Assembly: GCF_964213995.1 (NCBI RefSeq)
Contig: NW_027590142.1
Span: forward strand, 1 to 64,000
DNA from: Mustelus asterias
Lineage: Eukaryota
Length of the DNA stretch: 64,000 nt
Direction of reading: 5' to 3'
Positions 11,935-24,264 of this stretch are shown piece by piece (position 1 is the first letter of the stretch; each line of letters starts with the position of its first letter). Under the pieces are notes generated by a model. The model worked only from the letters and a program-made list of their open reading frames with translations. It did not search any database and had not been told where the DNA came from. A program made the position numbers and the translations under genes.

Positions 11935-14269
11935 ATTGGGTCTGACACTTATCGTCCTGCCTTTGTTACAGAGGTGAACTCATCAGGCAGACCTCAGGGT
12001 CACATGTTTGGTTTTGAAATTGCAAGTTAATTATTTTAAACATCTATTGGACATCCCAATTGGTCTCTGTTACCATGGGGATAAGTGATTCAGGGTCGAG
12101 CCTTGATTGGAATTCTGGGTGTTTCTCACAGAAAGCAGGCAGTCTGCAGTTAGCTTGGAAACCGTCAACTGTGGGACCAGGAGCTGTGAACCAGCTATGG
12201 GAGCAGGAGCCGAGAGGGTCATAAGGAATCAGGGGTGTTCCCAATGTTTAAATCCCTCAGGGAGAAGGCAGTGAAGCCCATGCTTGAACTGGGGAGGCCA
12301 CAGTTTTGAGGTCTTAAAGGAAAGTTACTTATTTGAAAGCTAATGGAAGGATCCCCATAAAACCTTGGAGAATAGCTGAAAAAGTGAGGAGAATTGAAGT
12401 GAATCTTGGAGAGCTTTGACATTCCTTTGGGATGGTTCCAGGAACAGAAGTGAATGAACCTTGAAGAAGAAATTAGATAAAACTCTTGGGTCTAAAAGGG
12501 TCAAGGGATATGGGAGACAGGGGGGGATCAGGATACTGAATTCGATGATCAGCCATGGTCACGATAAATGGAGCAGGTTCAAAGGGCCAAATGACCTATT
12601 CCTGCCTCTAGTTTCTATGTTTGTAAATTGTTAAATATAAGGGAACTTGTGCGTGTGCGTGCGCGCGCGCAGGGAGGAGGGTAAAAACTACAAACAAAAG
12701 CTGAAAAATACTGCAAAAACTCAGGTCTGACAGCATCTGTGGTGAGTGAAAATAGGATTCATGTTTTGAGTCCACGTGACGCTTCGGAGCTAAAGAGGGG
12801 TCGAAAATTAGAACTGAGTTTACAGCATAAATCTTCACAAAATATAATTGGTCATGCTGATTATTAATATTTCTATTTTATATGAAGGAAAGTTTGTTTT
12901 TGATTAAAAACCTGGAATCTTCTGATGTAATTTTTCCAGTTAATCGCTGGGTGTTTACATTTCTCTTGAAACGTTAATGTTTCCAACCCAAATTGTAACA
13001 ACTCACACAACAATATTTCAAAACAAATCGTAGAAGAAATGTATGATGGTCTTTATTTTGTACAAAGTATTACATTATAAGACACCGCTCTTCTCGGATC
13101 CACAATTTCTTAGCTCGAACAATTATTTTAGTGAAACAATTCGATAATAAATGAATAAAAATTGTACTAATTGTCGTCCCTTCGAAAGCAGGTTTATCAC
13201 CCGGCACAGAGGGTAATTTGGGATTTCTCCCAAACCAATTAACAGGGATTATACTCTCCAACCACCTGAAGTGAATTCTTTACATGAACCGTCCAGGCCA
13301 GTGCAGGTATCAACTTGCAGTTTGGCTGATCAGCTGAGATTTTCTGCAGCATTTCATCGATCACCGTGTGATTCCTTTCACAGAGACCATCACTGAAAGG
13401 ACTTTCAGCTGCCGTGTTCCTGACCAGAATGTTCATGTTTTAACACACGTCTCCAAACTCATCATTAACAAATTCCCCTCCATTATCAGTCAGAAACCTA
13501 GCTGGTGCCCCAGGTCCAGTCCCTGTCCACTTCTCAGTGACTTGTTCTAGAATCACCCTTTTGTCCTTACCATGTATTATTGGAGAAAGACTAAGTTGGG
13601 TTACCATATCGATAAAATGTAGAATTAAAATAATTCTGTCTTTGTCTCATACCTTTAGATGCACAGCAACTTCTTCATGAGCCAAGGGAAGGATGTAATC
13701 GCTTTGTCCGATACTTTGTACTAATCTGTTCTGAGTCTCGTATACTCTTCACCAACCAGCCCTGCATCTTGTCGCAGGATTTTTAATCTTTGTTCGATAG
13801 GACGAGCAAATTGTTTGTGCAGCTTTAAGACAATTTGTAATTTTTTTCTGATTCTCTTCGCCTGATGTCACGAATCCTTCTCAAACCCTATGATTAGAAA
13901 CATCAGGTTTTGTTAAGAGGATACGATAATGTCCTGATTGAGTAAACTGCAGATCTACTGACTTTCCAAATAAAACAATCATTCCTTGTTCCATGTCCAG
14001 TTGCATTTGTGCCTTTTTCATGAAAGGTTCACTCAACATTAAACTGAGCAGGTTCACTGTCAGACACACCAGACTACACCAGTCCTGGAGTGCTGACTCC
14101 AGCTACTTTACATGGAATCAACACTCTCTTTAGTGGCTTCAATCTATTGATATCACCAACTGGAAACCTTTCATACTCCTTAGCCTTGTGTCACTCTTCA
14201 CCATGAGGTGAATCTTGGTAACATCTTCAATCTGATCCACACACTGTTGAGGTGCAGCCACTGTGGAAT

Positions 14270-14710
14270 GAGGCAAGGTTAGACAGGTGAGGGTTTTGTC
14301 CCCTGGAGTTTAGAACAGTAAGAGGCAACTTAACTGAAACATATAAGATCCTGAGGCATTTTGACAGGGTGGATGTGGAGGGCATGTTTCCTCTAGTAGG
14401 AGAATCCAGAACAAGGGGTAACTGTTTAAAATAAGTTCATTTAAAGCAGAGATGAGGAAACTTTTTTTTCCCCAGAGGGTTGACAGTTCCTGGAACTCTT
14501 CCTCAAAAGTTGCTGTAAGAATCACCATTGAATATTTTGAAGGCAGAGCGAGATAGATTCTTGATTAACAAGGGAGTGAAAGGTTAACGGGGTAAGTGGG
14601 AATGTGGGGTTGAGGTTACAATCAGATCAGCCATTATCTTACTGAACGACAGAGCAGACTCGAGGGGCTGAGTGGCCAGTGCTTGCTCCTAACTCATATA
14701 CTTGAATGTA
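14270..14710 (+). mobile_element. CR1 LINE 3' fragment inserted in the copia element
   Basis: Typical CR1 end (RRLRG, FFxQRV, GATCAGCCAT hairpin tail). Confidence 0.75.
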
Positions 14711-15218
14711 TCAAACACAGAACAGGTGACTGAGTCTGTGACTAACACACTCATCACTGGACCAAATTCCTTCTGATATTCCAATTCCTTCAGAGTGATA
14801 ACCATCATCATTGTGTTCAGCCTCAGAATTCTCTGTGTTGTGTCTCACTGTGAAAGTTTATCACACGATGATGTTTTCATTCAGACCTGAAACACCTGTT
14901 AATAGTTCCCCAGTCATTGCTGGGGTTCAATCACCTATTAGTGCTGTTCCAATCCTGTCTTTTGTTGCGATATCCAGACACACTAAAGATGCTTTCACCC
15001 TCACACGAAACCTGTCAAAGTCCAATTATGCTTCACAGGCAACCAATAGATCATCTATCTTGTAAATCTCAATGAATCTTTATAAAAGATTCAAACCTTC
15101 ATCAGTATCCAACTGATGGACATCCAGCTCACAAAATACTTTGCTTCTGATCTTTTTGTCAAGAAGTGACAGTGCCAAGGCCAGACCTTGTTTTCTCCTT
15201 GGTCGGGAATGTAACCTG

Positions 15219-15559
15219 GGGTAGCACGGTAGCACAGTGGTTAGCACTGCTGCTTCACAGCTCCAGGGACCTGGGTTCGATTCCCGGCTCGGGTCACTGT
15301 CTGTGTGGAGTTTGCACATTCTCCTCGTGTCTGCGTGCGTTTCCTCCGGGTTCTCTGGTTTCCTCCCACAGTCCAAAGATGTGCGGGTTAGGTTGATTGG
15401 CCATGCTAAAATTGCCCCTTAGTGTCCCGAGATGTGTAGGTTAGAGGGATTAGTGGATAAATATGTAGGGACAAGGGGGTAGGGCCTGGGTGGGATTGTG
15501 GTCGGTGCAGACTCGATGGGCCAAATGGCCTCTTTCTGCACTGTAGGGTTTCTATGATT
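15219..15559 (+). mobile_element. HE1-like SINE inserted in copia gag
   Basis: Full-length copy. Confidence 0.85.
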
Positions 15560-15999
15560 GAACCCGTGTCCACATCTCCACCTCATTCTTACATTGATCG
15601 GATGGTTCAGACTTCAAGAACATCAGCGGGGAATCAGACCCTGACAATTCCCACTGGCTTTCAACCATTTCTCACAAAAACTGCTGGGATTGTAAGCTCC
15701 TGCCTGAAATATACTTTCCTTTAGTTTTTAAAATTCACCATGAGACAAACATTCCCTGTTACCATGTTATAATCCTGACAGCATTATGGTGAAGGAAGAA
15801 ACTGAAGCTAACCTTTATTTGGAATAGATTTATTTGCAGAGTAAAACATTACAAGTACATACCTCCCAACTCCACTCTGTGACAGTGTCTCTTTATTTGC
15901 ACTCGTCCAATCAATGCCCTCCATTTGTATATATTTAATCTCAAATAATTTAGTTAACACCCAGAGTTGGAGCAGATAATGGGTCTAATCTGAGTGATT

Positions 16000-16430
16000 G
16001 CCATAATGTCTCAACAGGGGTTGAATCATTCTTTTGCTCCCACACTGAGTGCCAGTAAATGGCCTCTCACCTAGATGAACTCTCTGGTTTCTCCACAGAT
16101 GATGACTCAGTGAATCCTTTCCCAAACTCAGAGCAGGTGAATGGTCTCTCTCCAGTGTGAACTTGCTGTTTCTGCAGAGCAGATGACTGAGTGAATCCCT
16201 TCCCACAGTCAGCACGACTGAACAGCCTCTACCCCAGTGTGACTGCATTGATGAGTTTTCAGTGCAGATGGGTAATTGAATCCCTTCCCACAATCCTCCC
16301 ATTTCCACAGTTTCTCTGTGGTGCCAGAGTCCTTGTGTCTCTCCAGGTTGAAGCTTCGTCCACATACAGAACGTGTCTACAGTTTCTCCCCACGCTGCAT
16401 GTTGTGGTGTTTTTTTCAGGCCGTGTAACT
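16000..16430 (-). pseudogene. Degenerate C2H2 zinc-finger pseudogene
   Basis: Frameshifted CGKGF/HTGERPF remnants. Confidence 0.7.
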
Positions 16431-16529
16431 CGTCTACAAAGAGTCAAATAGGTTTGAGAAACCCAATGCATTCCTTCTGAGCTGTAATGACTCTGACTGG
16501 AAAGATACAGCGTAGCTACATGTAATATA

Positions 16530-16814
16530 GTTTAAGTTTATTGATTAGTGTCACAAGTAGGCTTACATTAACACAGCAATGAAGTTACTGAAAATCCCCG
16601 AGTTGCCACACTCCGGTGCCTATTCAGATACACAGAGGGAGAATTTAGCATGGCCGATGCACCGAACCAGCATGTCTTTCCGAGTGGGAGGAAACTGGAG
16701 CACCGGAGGAAACCCATGCAGACACGGGGAGAATGTGCAAACTCCACACAGACAGTGACCCAAGCCAGGAATCAAACCCGAGTCCTTGGCGCTGTGAGGC
16801 AGCAGTGCTCACCA
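16530..16814 (-). mobile_element. HE1-head SINE variant with a different tail
   Basis: Same variant at 39160-39441. Confidence 0.7.
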
Positions 16815-17448
16815 TAATATGATAGTAAACTAATAAAAATAGAAATGTGTTGAATTAGAAAACCATAAAAAATGGTCCACCAATCACTTCAGTCTCCACA
16901 GTTGCATGGCTTCTCCCTAATGTGATTGAGAACGGAGTTGTTTCCTTCCATGTACAAAATTCTCTGCTGTTCAGATAATCTGATGCTTTGTGCAAGTTTC
17001 CTGACCCCAAATCCTCCTCTTCTCAAACCAACTATATTAACACTGAAACAGAGCTGAAGTTATTTTTCAATTCAGCAGAAACAGACCCAAAGGAACATGG
17101 TTTAGTTTGAATATGCTCAACAGGAAAATACAATCACAATAGTTCCTTGTGAATTCACTGGTGTCTCAGAAGAGTGGATGAGGTAACATATCCCTTCCCA
17201 CACCGGGAGCAAGTGAATGGCCTCTCCCCTTTGTGAATTCGCTGGTGTATTGCTAGGCTGGATGAATCAATGAATCTCTTGCCACACACACAGTAGGTAA
17301 AAGGCCTCTCTCCAGTGTGAACTCGCTGGTGTACAACTAGTTTGGATGACGATTAAATCCCTTTCCACTCTGGGAGCAGGTGAATGGCCTCTCCTCTTTG
17401 TGAGTTCGCCAGTGTATTGCTGGGTTGGATGAGTCAGCGAATCTCTTC

Positions 17449-18360
17449 TCACACTGGGTGCAGGTGGGATGAACAAGTGAATCCCTTCCCACAATGAGAG
17501 CAGGTGAATGGCCTCTCCCCAGTGTGAACTCGCTGGTGTGCCCGCAGGTTGGATACCCAAGTGAATCCCTTCCCACACTGAGAGCAGGTGAACGGTCTCT
17601 CCCCAGTGTGAACTCGCTCGTGTACCTGCAGGTTGGATGAACAAGTGAATCCCTTCCCACACTGAGAACAGGTGAATGGTCTCTCCCCCGTGTGAACTCG
17701 CTGGTGCCTCCGCAGGTGGGATGAACAAATGAATCCCTTCCCACACTGAGAACAGGTGAATGGCCTCTCCCCAGTGTGAATTCGCTGGTGTGTCTGCAGG
17801 CTGGATGACTGAATGAATCCCTCCCCACACTGAGAGCAGGTGAATGGCCTCTCCCCAGTGTGAACTCGCTGATGCATCCGCAGGTGGGATGAACAAGTGA
17901 ATCCCTTCCCACATTGAGAGCAGCTGAATGGTCTCTCCCCAGTGTGAACTCGCTGGTGTGACTGCAGGTAGGATGATTGAGTGAATCCCTTCCCACACTG
18001 AGAGCAGGTGAATGGTCTCTCCCCAGTGTGAACTCGCTGATGTCTCTGCAGGCTGGATGACAGAGTGAATCCCTCCCCGCACTGAGAGCAGGTGAACGGT
18101 CTCTCCCCAGTGTGAACTCGCTGGTGTGACTGCAGGTTGGATGATCGAGTGAATCCCTTCCCACACTGAGAGCAGGTGAATGGTCTCTCCCCAGTGTGAA
18201 CTCGCTGATGTCTCTGCAGGGTGGATGACTCAGTGAATCCCTTCCCACACTGAGAGCAGGTGAATGGCCTCTCCCCAGTGTGGCTGCGCCGATGAGCTTC
18301 CAGCAGAGATGGGGCTCTGTATCCCTTCCCACAGTCCCCACATTTCCATGGTTTCTCCAT
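17449..18360 (-). CDS. C2H2 zinc-finger protein, 10 complete fingers, truncated by frameshift; decayed fingers continue to ~17140
   Basis: ATG at 18360 (MEKPWKC); near-identical 84-bp repeats; deletion at ~17460. Confidence 0.75.
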   Translation of the reverse strand: MEKPWKCGDCGKGYRAPSLLEAHRRSHTGERPFTCSQCGKGFTESSTLQRHQRVHTGERPFTCSQCGKGFTRSSNLQSHQRVHTGERPFTCSQCGEGFTLSSSLQRHQRVHTGERPFTCSQCGKGFTQSSYLQSHQRVHTGERPFSCSQCGKGFTCSSHLRMHQRVHTGERPFTCSQCGEGFIQSSSLQTHQRIHTGERPFTCSQCGKGFICSSHLRRHQRVHTGERPFTCSQCGKGFTCSSNLQVHERVHTGERPFTCSQCGKGFTWVSNLRAHQRVHTGERPFTCSHCGKGFTCSSHLHPV

Positions 18361-18711
18361 GGTGCAGGTGTCCTTGCCGTTCTCTTGGGTGGACAATCAG
18401 TTGAAGCCTCGTCCACACACAGAACACGAGTACAGTCTCTCCCCGCTGTGAATGGTGTGATATTTATTCAGGCTGTGTAACTGGTTAAAGCTCTTTAGTC
18501 CATGCACTGGAACACTCTCACTTGAGTGTGGCAGCGTGTTGGTGCTTTTCCAGTCACACTGATGTTTGGAATCTTTTCAAATCAACAGACTGGACAATAA
18601 TTTCTCCTTCTAGATTCAAAGGCCGATGATATTCAGCTCCCAAGGAATATGACTCTGTCAGATCTAGACGTGACGTTTGAGATTTCGGCCTGTGATTCCT
18701 CTTTCAGTATC

Positions 18712-18945
18712 CTGTGAAACAAGTTTACAAAAGTCATCAGTGTCAGTACAGGATGGAAATTCAGAACAGACAATTCTAGTTTCTATGGAACATTCTTTCC
18801 TATTTCAGTCCCAAAACATTGTGAATCTCCATCCCACACACTCTCCCTCCATTCTCACTCTGCTGTATCTAATATTCACCCTCCCAATTCTCCTGAAGGT
18901 GCTGATTGAGGCTGATTGACAGATCCATGCTCACTGCTTCCTGTC
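18712..18945 (-). repeat. Conserved ZF-gene upstream module (mini-exon + short intron)
   Basis: GGAAGCAGTGAGCATGGATCTGTCAATCAGCCTCAATCAGCACC... copies at 22150, 41211, 43990 and 49601. Confidence 0.85.
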
Positions 18946-20030
18946 CTGGACACAGAGACCATAACAAATAGGAGCTGCAGTCGGCCATTTGGTCCATCGA
19001 GCCTTTTAAACTATTCAATGAGATAATTCGTTCATCTACCTCGGCATCATTCTCCCCACACTAAACCCATATCCCTTGATATCCTCAATATCTAGAAACC
19101 AATCAATCTCTCTCTTGAAAATAGTTGATGACTGAGGCTTCACTGTCCTCAGGGGTTGAGAATTCCAAATCTTTACCACATCCTTGGGTGAAGAAATCCC
19201 CCCACGTATTAGCTTCTGCTCCATCTTCTTGTCTGTTCCCCATAACCCTTGTCAGTCAAAGATCTGTCTAACTGGGATATATTCAATGATCCTCAGCCTC
19301 CACTGGTCCCTGTGGAAGAGAAATCCAAAAGACTAACAACCCTCTGAGGGAAGAGACGTCTGGAAATATATAACGTAGCTACAGTTCCATATTACAAGAT
19401 ATTCAGATCCCAAGGAATATGACTCTTTCTAGATGTGGCGGTTGAGATTTTTGCCTGTGATTCCTCGTTCAAAATCCTGTGAAATGAGTTTGCAAAAGTC
19501 ATCACAGTCAGTATAGGATAGAAATTCAGAGCAGACAATTCTAGTTTCTCTGGAACATTCTTTCCTATTTCATTCCCAAAAAGTTGTAAATCTCCATCCA
19601 TATCTATGGATTCTATTTACAAATGAAAGTGGATGAGCACTTGAAGGAAATAAACTTGCAGGAGAATGGGGATATCGAGTGGGAATGGGACTGGAATGTT
19701 ATACAGAGAGTCAGCCTGGACTCGAGTTACCAAATGGATTCCTTCTGTGCTGTAATGACTTTATGACTGGAAGTGTATAACATCGCTGCAGCATTATATT
19801 ACAATGCATGAAATAATAATAAATGTATTTTATTACAGAAGCATAAAGAATGTATCTAATCTGAGTACCATATAATAACACTAGACATATCTCTGTCCTA
19901 TATTAATTTACTGTACGCCTGAATGTCAGCCATCTCCTGGGGAAAGCTGCCCTTTAATGTGAACATGAGGAAAAAGACCATCCTTTTCGACAGACAAATA
20001 AATGTGTCAAGCTGAGGGAGCAAAGGATGT

Positions 20031-20505
20031 TTACCAGGCTGATTCAGGGAATCGCGGGACTGATGTATGAGGAGAGACTGACTCGGTTAGGATTGTTTTC
20101 GTTGGAGTTCAAATGAATGAGGGGGGAATCTCAAAGAGACTGATAAAATTCTAACAGGTCGAGACAGGATAGATGCAGGGAGGATGTTCCTGATGGAGTC
20201 CAGAACTGGGGGTCACAGTCTGAGGATTCAGGGCAGACCATTTAGGACGGAGGTGAGTAGACATTTCTTCACCCAAAGAGTGGTGAGCCTGTCGAATTTA
20301 TTACCACAGGAAGTAGTTGGTGCCAAAACATTGAATGTATTCAAGAGGTGGCTGGATATAGCACTTGGGGCGAATGGGATCACAGGTTACGGGGAAAAAG
20401 CAGGATTAGGCTATTGAGTTGGGTGATCAGCCATGATTGTAATGAATGGCGGAGCAGGCTCGAAGGGCCAAATGGCCTCCTCCTGCTCCTATCTTCTATG
20501 TTTCT
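20031..20505 (+). mobile_element. CR1 3' fragment
   Basis: RTGGHSLRIQGRPFRTEVSRHFFTQRVV plus tail. Confidence 0.8.
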
Positions 20506-20719
20506 ATATCAATGTCTTTAAGAGAGAGAGAGACCTGGGCCAACCTTCCCAGAGTCTGCAATCTCCCTGGATTCACTTCCTTTCCCTTCAGTTGCTGCAA
20601 GTCCCCAATTTCCCGCAGAATGAGAAGAGAAACTCACAGATGTTGGCCTCCTTTAGGTCAAACTCACAGATGTGAACGACAGGAGAAAGTTTGACTCTCT
20701 CTGAATCTCCATCTTCAAT

Positions 20720-21075
20720 CACACAAGGCCCGCGCTCTCAATGGCTGGAGGACCAGAGTCCTTCCGGTCCTCCAAATCTTCCTATTGGCCAGAGCTGGTA
20801 AGGGGCCGTGAATCAAAGGTGCGCATGTGCGAGTTTGGGGGGAATGCGCATGTGCGGGTGTGGGGCGGGGCCCGGGACAAAGTCGGCGCACTGACCATTG
20901 TCTGTCCGGCTCTTCCAGCCTTTCCCATTGGACAACAGCTCAGCGCGGCTGGAGGACAAAGTCCCGCCCACCCCCACGTGGGGCTCCGCCCCTCATTGTC
21001 TGTCAACGGGGTTTGACCAATGGAAACTCCGGAGGACCAGAGGTTCTCTGGTCCTCCAGCCAATCAGAGCTCCCC
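20720..21075. promoter_or_regulatory. Bidirectional CpG promoter (NRF1-like, GC boxes, CCAAT)
   Basis: TGCGCATGTGCG x2, GGGGCGGGG, CCAAT/ATTGG, two GGAGGACC-N11-GGTCCTCC palindromes. Confidence 0.65.
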
Positions 21076-21291
21076 ATTGCCTGAATGCGGAAGTGGACAA
21101 TAAGACCATAAGACATAGGAGCGGAAGTAAGGCCATTCGGCCCATCGAGTCCACTCCACCATTCAATCATGGTTGATTTCGAGCTTGTTCAGCTGCTCAT
21201 TCCTGCCCAGCGAAGCTGCTGCCGCTCTCTCTCTCTGAATGAAGATTGAGCTTCAGACACAGACTCAAGGAAGTGAAAAGAATCAGCCAAT

Positions 21292-21402
21292 GCCTACGAC
21301 CATACTAGTCTGAAAACGCCTGATCTCGGAAGCTAAGCAGACTCAGGCCTGGTTAGTAGTTGAATGGAAGACCTCCTGGGAATACCAGGTGTAGTAGACT
21401 TT
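21292..21402 (+). pseudogene. 5S rRNA pseudogene
   Basis: GCCTACGACCATAC...GGAAGCTAAGCAG...GGCCTGGTTAGTA...CTGGGAATACCAGGTG...TTT; ~10-nt deletion between the two GATCTCG repeats. Confidence 0.9.
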
Positions 21403-21403
21403 A

Positions 21404-21734
21404 GGGTGGCATGGTGGCACAGTGGTTAGCACTGCTGCCTCACAACGTCAGGGACTCGGGTTCGATTCCTGGTTTGGGTCACTGTCTGTGTGGAGTTTGC
21501 ATGTTCTCCCCATGTCTGCGTGGGTTTCCTCCGGGTACTCCGGTTTCCTCCCACAGTCCAAAAGATGTGTGGGTCAGGTGGATTGGCCATGTTAAATTGA
21601 CCCTTTGTGCCAGGGGGACAAGTTAGGTTAAATGCACAGGGGTACGGGGATAGGGCCTGGGTGGGATTGTGGTTGGTGCAGACTCGATGGGCCGAATGGC
21701 CTCCTTCTACACTATAGGATTGTATGATTCTATG
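21404..21734 (+). mobile_element. HE1-like SINE directly abutting the 5S copy
   Basis: Full-length copy. Confidence 0.85.
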
Positions 21735-22736
21735 AAGTGAATCCAGAGAGGGTGCAGACTCTGGAAAGGTTGGCCCAGCTCTCTCTCTCTCCCTCTCTTA
21801 AAGACATTGACATTCTTTGCTCCCTCAGCTTGACACATTGATTTGTCTGGTTAAGAGGATGTTCTCTTTCCTAATGTTCAGAATTAAAGGGCTGCTTTCC
21901 CCAGGAGATGGCTGACATTTAAGGGGACAGTAAGTTAATATAGGACAGAGATATATCTCGTGATTTTTTTTGTCACAGATTCGATAAATTATTTATGGTT
22001 CTGCAATGAAGTAATTTATTCTTATTTATATTCTTGTAATATTGTACTGTACCTATGTTATATACTTCCAGTTATAGAGTCATTCCAGCAAAGGGGTCCT
22101 TTCAGCCACACAAGTCCGTCCTGACTCTTGGTAAAAGTCTCTTAGTTCTGGAAGCAGTGAGCATGGATCTGTCAATCAGCCTCAATCAGCACCTTCAGGG
22201 GAATTGGGAGGGTGAATATTAGATACAGCAGAGTGAGAATGGAGGGAGAGTGTGTGGGATGGAGATTCACAGCTTTTGGGGAATGAGAGAGGAAAGAATG
22301 TTCCATAGAAACTAGAATTGTCTGTTCTGAATTTCTATCTTGTACTGACAGTGGTGAATTTTGTAAACTCCTTTTACAGGATATCCGAAGGTGAAGATTT
22401 GCAGGCAGAAATATCAAACCAAATGTCACACTAAGATCTCACAAATTCACTCTATTTATCGGAACCTGAATATCATCAGTCTTTCAATTTAGAAGGAGAA
22501 ATTTTTGTCTGTTCTGTCTTTTTCAGGAGATCTTAAATATCAGTGTGCCTGGAAAAGCACTGAAACACACACACACCTGAGTGAGCGTGTTCCAGTGCAC
22601 GGACTGTGGAAAGAGCTTTAACACAGTTGAACAAACATTGCACCATTCACATCAGGGAGAGAAATTAATTGTGTTCTGTGTGTGGACGAGCCTCAGTAGA
22701 TCGTGAAACCAGCAGAGTCACAAGGACACCCGCACC

Positions 22737-23478
22737 ATGGAGAAACGGTGGAAATGTGGGACTGTGAGAAGGGATTCAATTACCCATCAAAGCTGGAAAC
22801 GCATCGACGCAGAAACACTGGGGAGAGGCCATTCACCTGCTCTCAGTGTGGGAAGGGATTTAGCCAATTCTCCCTTCTGCTTACACACCAGCGAGTTCAC
22901 ACCGGGGAGAGGCCGTTCGCCTGTTCTGAGTGTGGGAAGGGATTTAGTGATTTATCCACACTGCTGAGACATCAGCGAATTCACAATGGGGAGAGTCCAT
23001 TCACCTGCTCTGACTGTGGGAAGGGATTCATTCAATCATCCCGTCTGCTGGCACACCAGCGAGTTCACACTGGGGAGAAGCCATTCACCTGCCCTGTTTG
23101 TGGAAAAATTTTCAGTAATTCATCCACGCTACTGACGCACCAGCGAGTTCACACTGGAGACAGACCGTTCAATTGCTCTGACTGTGGAAAGGGATTCATT
23201 CAGTCATCCCACTTGCTGACACACCAGCGGGTCCACACAGGGGAAAAGCCATTCACCTGCTCTGAGTGTGGGAGAGGATTCAGTGATTCATCAAACCTGC
23301 TGACACACCAGCAAGTTCACACTGAGAAGAAACCATTCAACTGCTGTGTGTGTGGAACGGGATTCAAACATTCAGCAACCGTGATGAAACACCAGCGAGT
23401 TCACACCAGGGAGAGGCCGTTCACCTGCTCCATGTGTGGGAAGGGATTCACATTGTTATGCAACTTGCAGAGACATGT
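22737..23478 (+). pseudogene. C2H2 zinc-finger gene, 7 intact fingers; 1-nt deletion after the ATG; 3' end cut by a Penelope insertion
   Basis: MEKRWKCG at 22737 out of frame with the array (GGGG to GGG); in-frame ATG at 22754; could be a homopolymer sequencing error. Confidence 0.65.
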
Positions 23479-24090
23479 GATGGGTTTGATGCTGGTGAGA
23501 AAGGGGGGAGGGTCAGGTAGAACAAAGAGAAAGTCAGGGATTGGTTAGAGGGCGGGTGGAGATTAAATGACAAAAATGTCCCGGAACCCAAGGCAAAGGG
23601 AGAGGTAATGGTTGTAATAAAGAAACAATAAGAAGTTTTAACAACAGCAGGTTAAAGTCCAAGAGGAACCTGGTGTTGTTAAAACTCTTACTGTGTTTAC
23701 CCCAGTCCAATGCCGACATCTCCACATCGTAAAGAAACAAAGCATTGGCCCAGAGTAAGTGTGAATGGTAGAATAAAGGACAGCTCTGTCTGGAAGCAAA
23801 AAAACATGAAAACAAGATGCAAACTGACACTCAGCAAATAAAAAACAAATCCAAATGGAGGAGAGAGTTCAGGGTGTGAAGTTGTTGAACTCAACGTTGA
23901 GTCCAGAAGGCTGTAAAGTGCCTCATCGGAAGATGAGGGGCTGTTTGTCCAGCTTGTGTTGGGCTTCTCCGGAACATTGCAGCAGGCCGAGGACAGAAAT
24001 GTGAGCGTGAGAGCAAGGTGGTGAATTCTAATGGCAAGCGGAAGGTCAGGGTCATGCTTGTGGACTGAGCGGAGGTGTTCCACAAAGAGG
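23478..24090 (-). mobile_element. Penelope-like element 3' fragment (GIY-YIG C-terminus)
   Basis: EHLRSVHKHDPDLP...LNVEFNNF homologous to 63130-63350. Confidence 0.7.
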
Positions 24091-24264
24091 GCAAGGAACA
24101 GGCTACAGATGAATTAAAGAGAACCCATTTGTGTCCAGAACATTGTGAACATCCTTTTACTCTGGTTGTCTTTGATCCTTACAAATGCTGCTAGAACTGC
24201 TGAGATTTTCCAGCATTTTCTCTCTTGGTTTCAGATTCCAGCATCCGCAGTAATTTGCTTTTAT

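Larger units (their letters stand above)
13190..15959 (-). mobile_element. Decayed Ty1/copia (GalEa-like) LTR retrotransposon: 5' LTR, gag, protease, integrase
   Basis: LTR 15765-15959 (TGTTA...TAACA) followed by PBS TGGTAACAG; protease-like SGCTSTVCG ~14240; integrase AESPFSDGLCERNH...FGRNPKLP; PR-IN order. Confidence 0.7.

Noticed and set aside
17267-18416. Long alternative-frame ORFs over ZF arrays (also 42087-42962)
   Set aside because: Shadow frames of 84-bp finger repeats
22163-22222. 19-aa uORF MDLSISLNQHLQENWEGEY in the module
   Set aside because: All differences seen among copies are nonsynonymous in this frame, so no sign of peptide constraint
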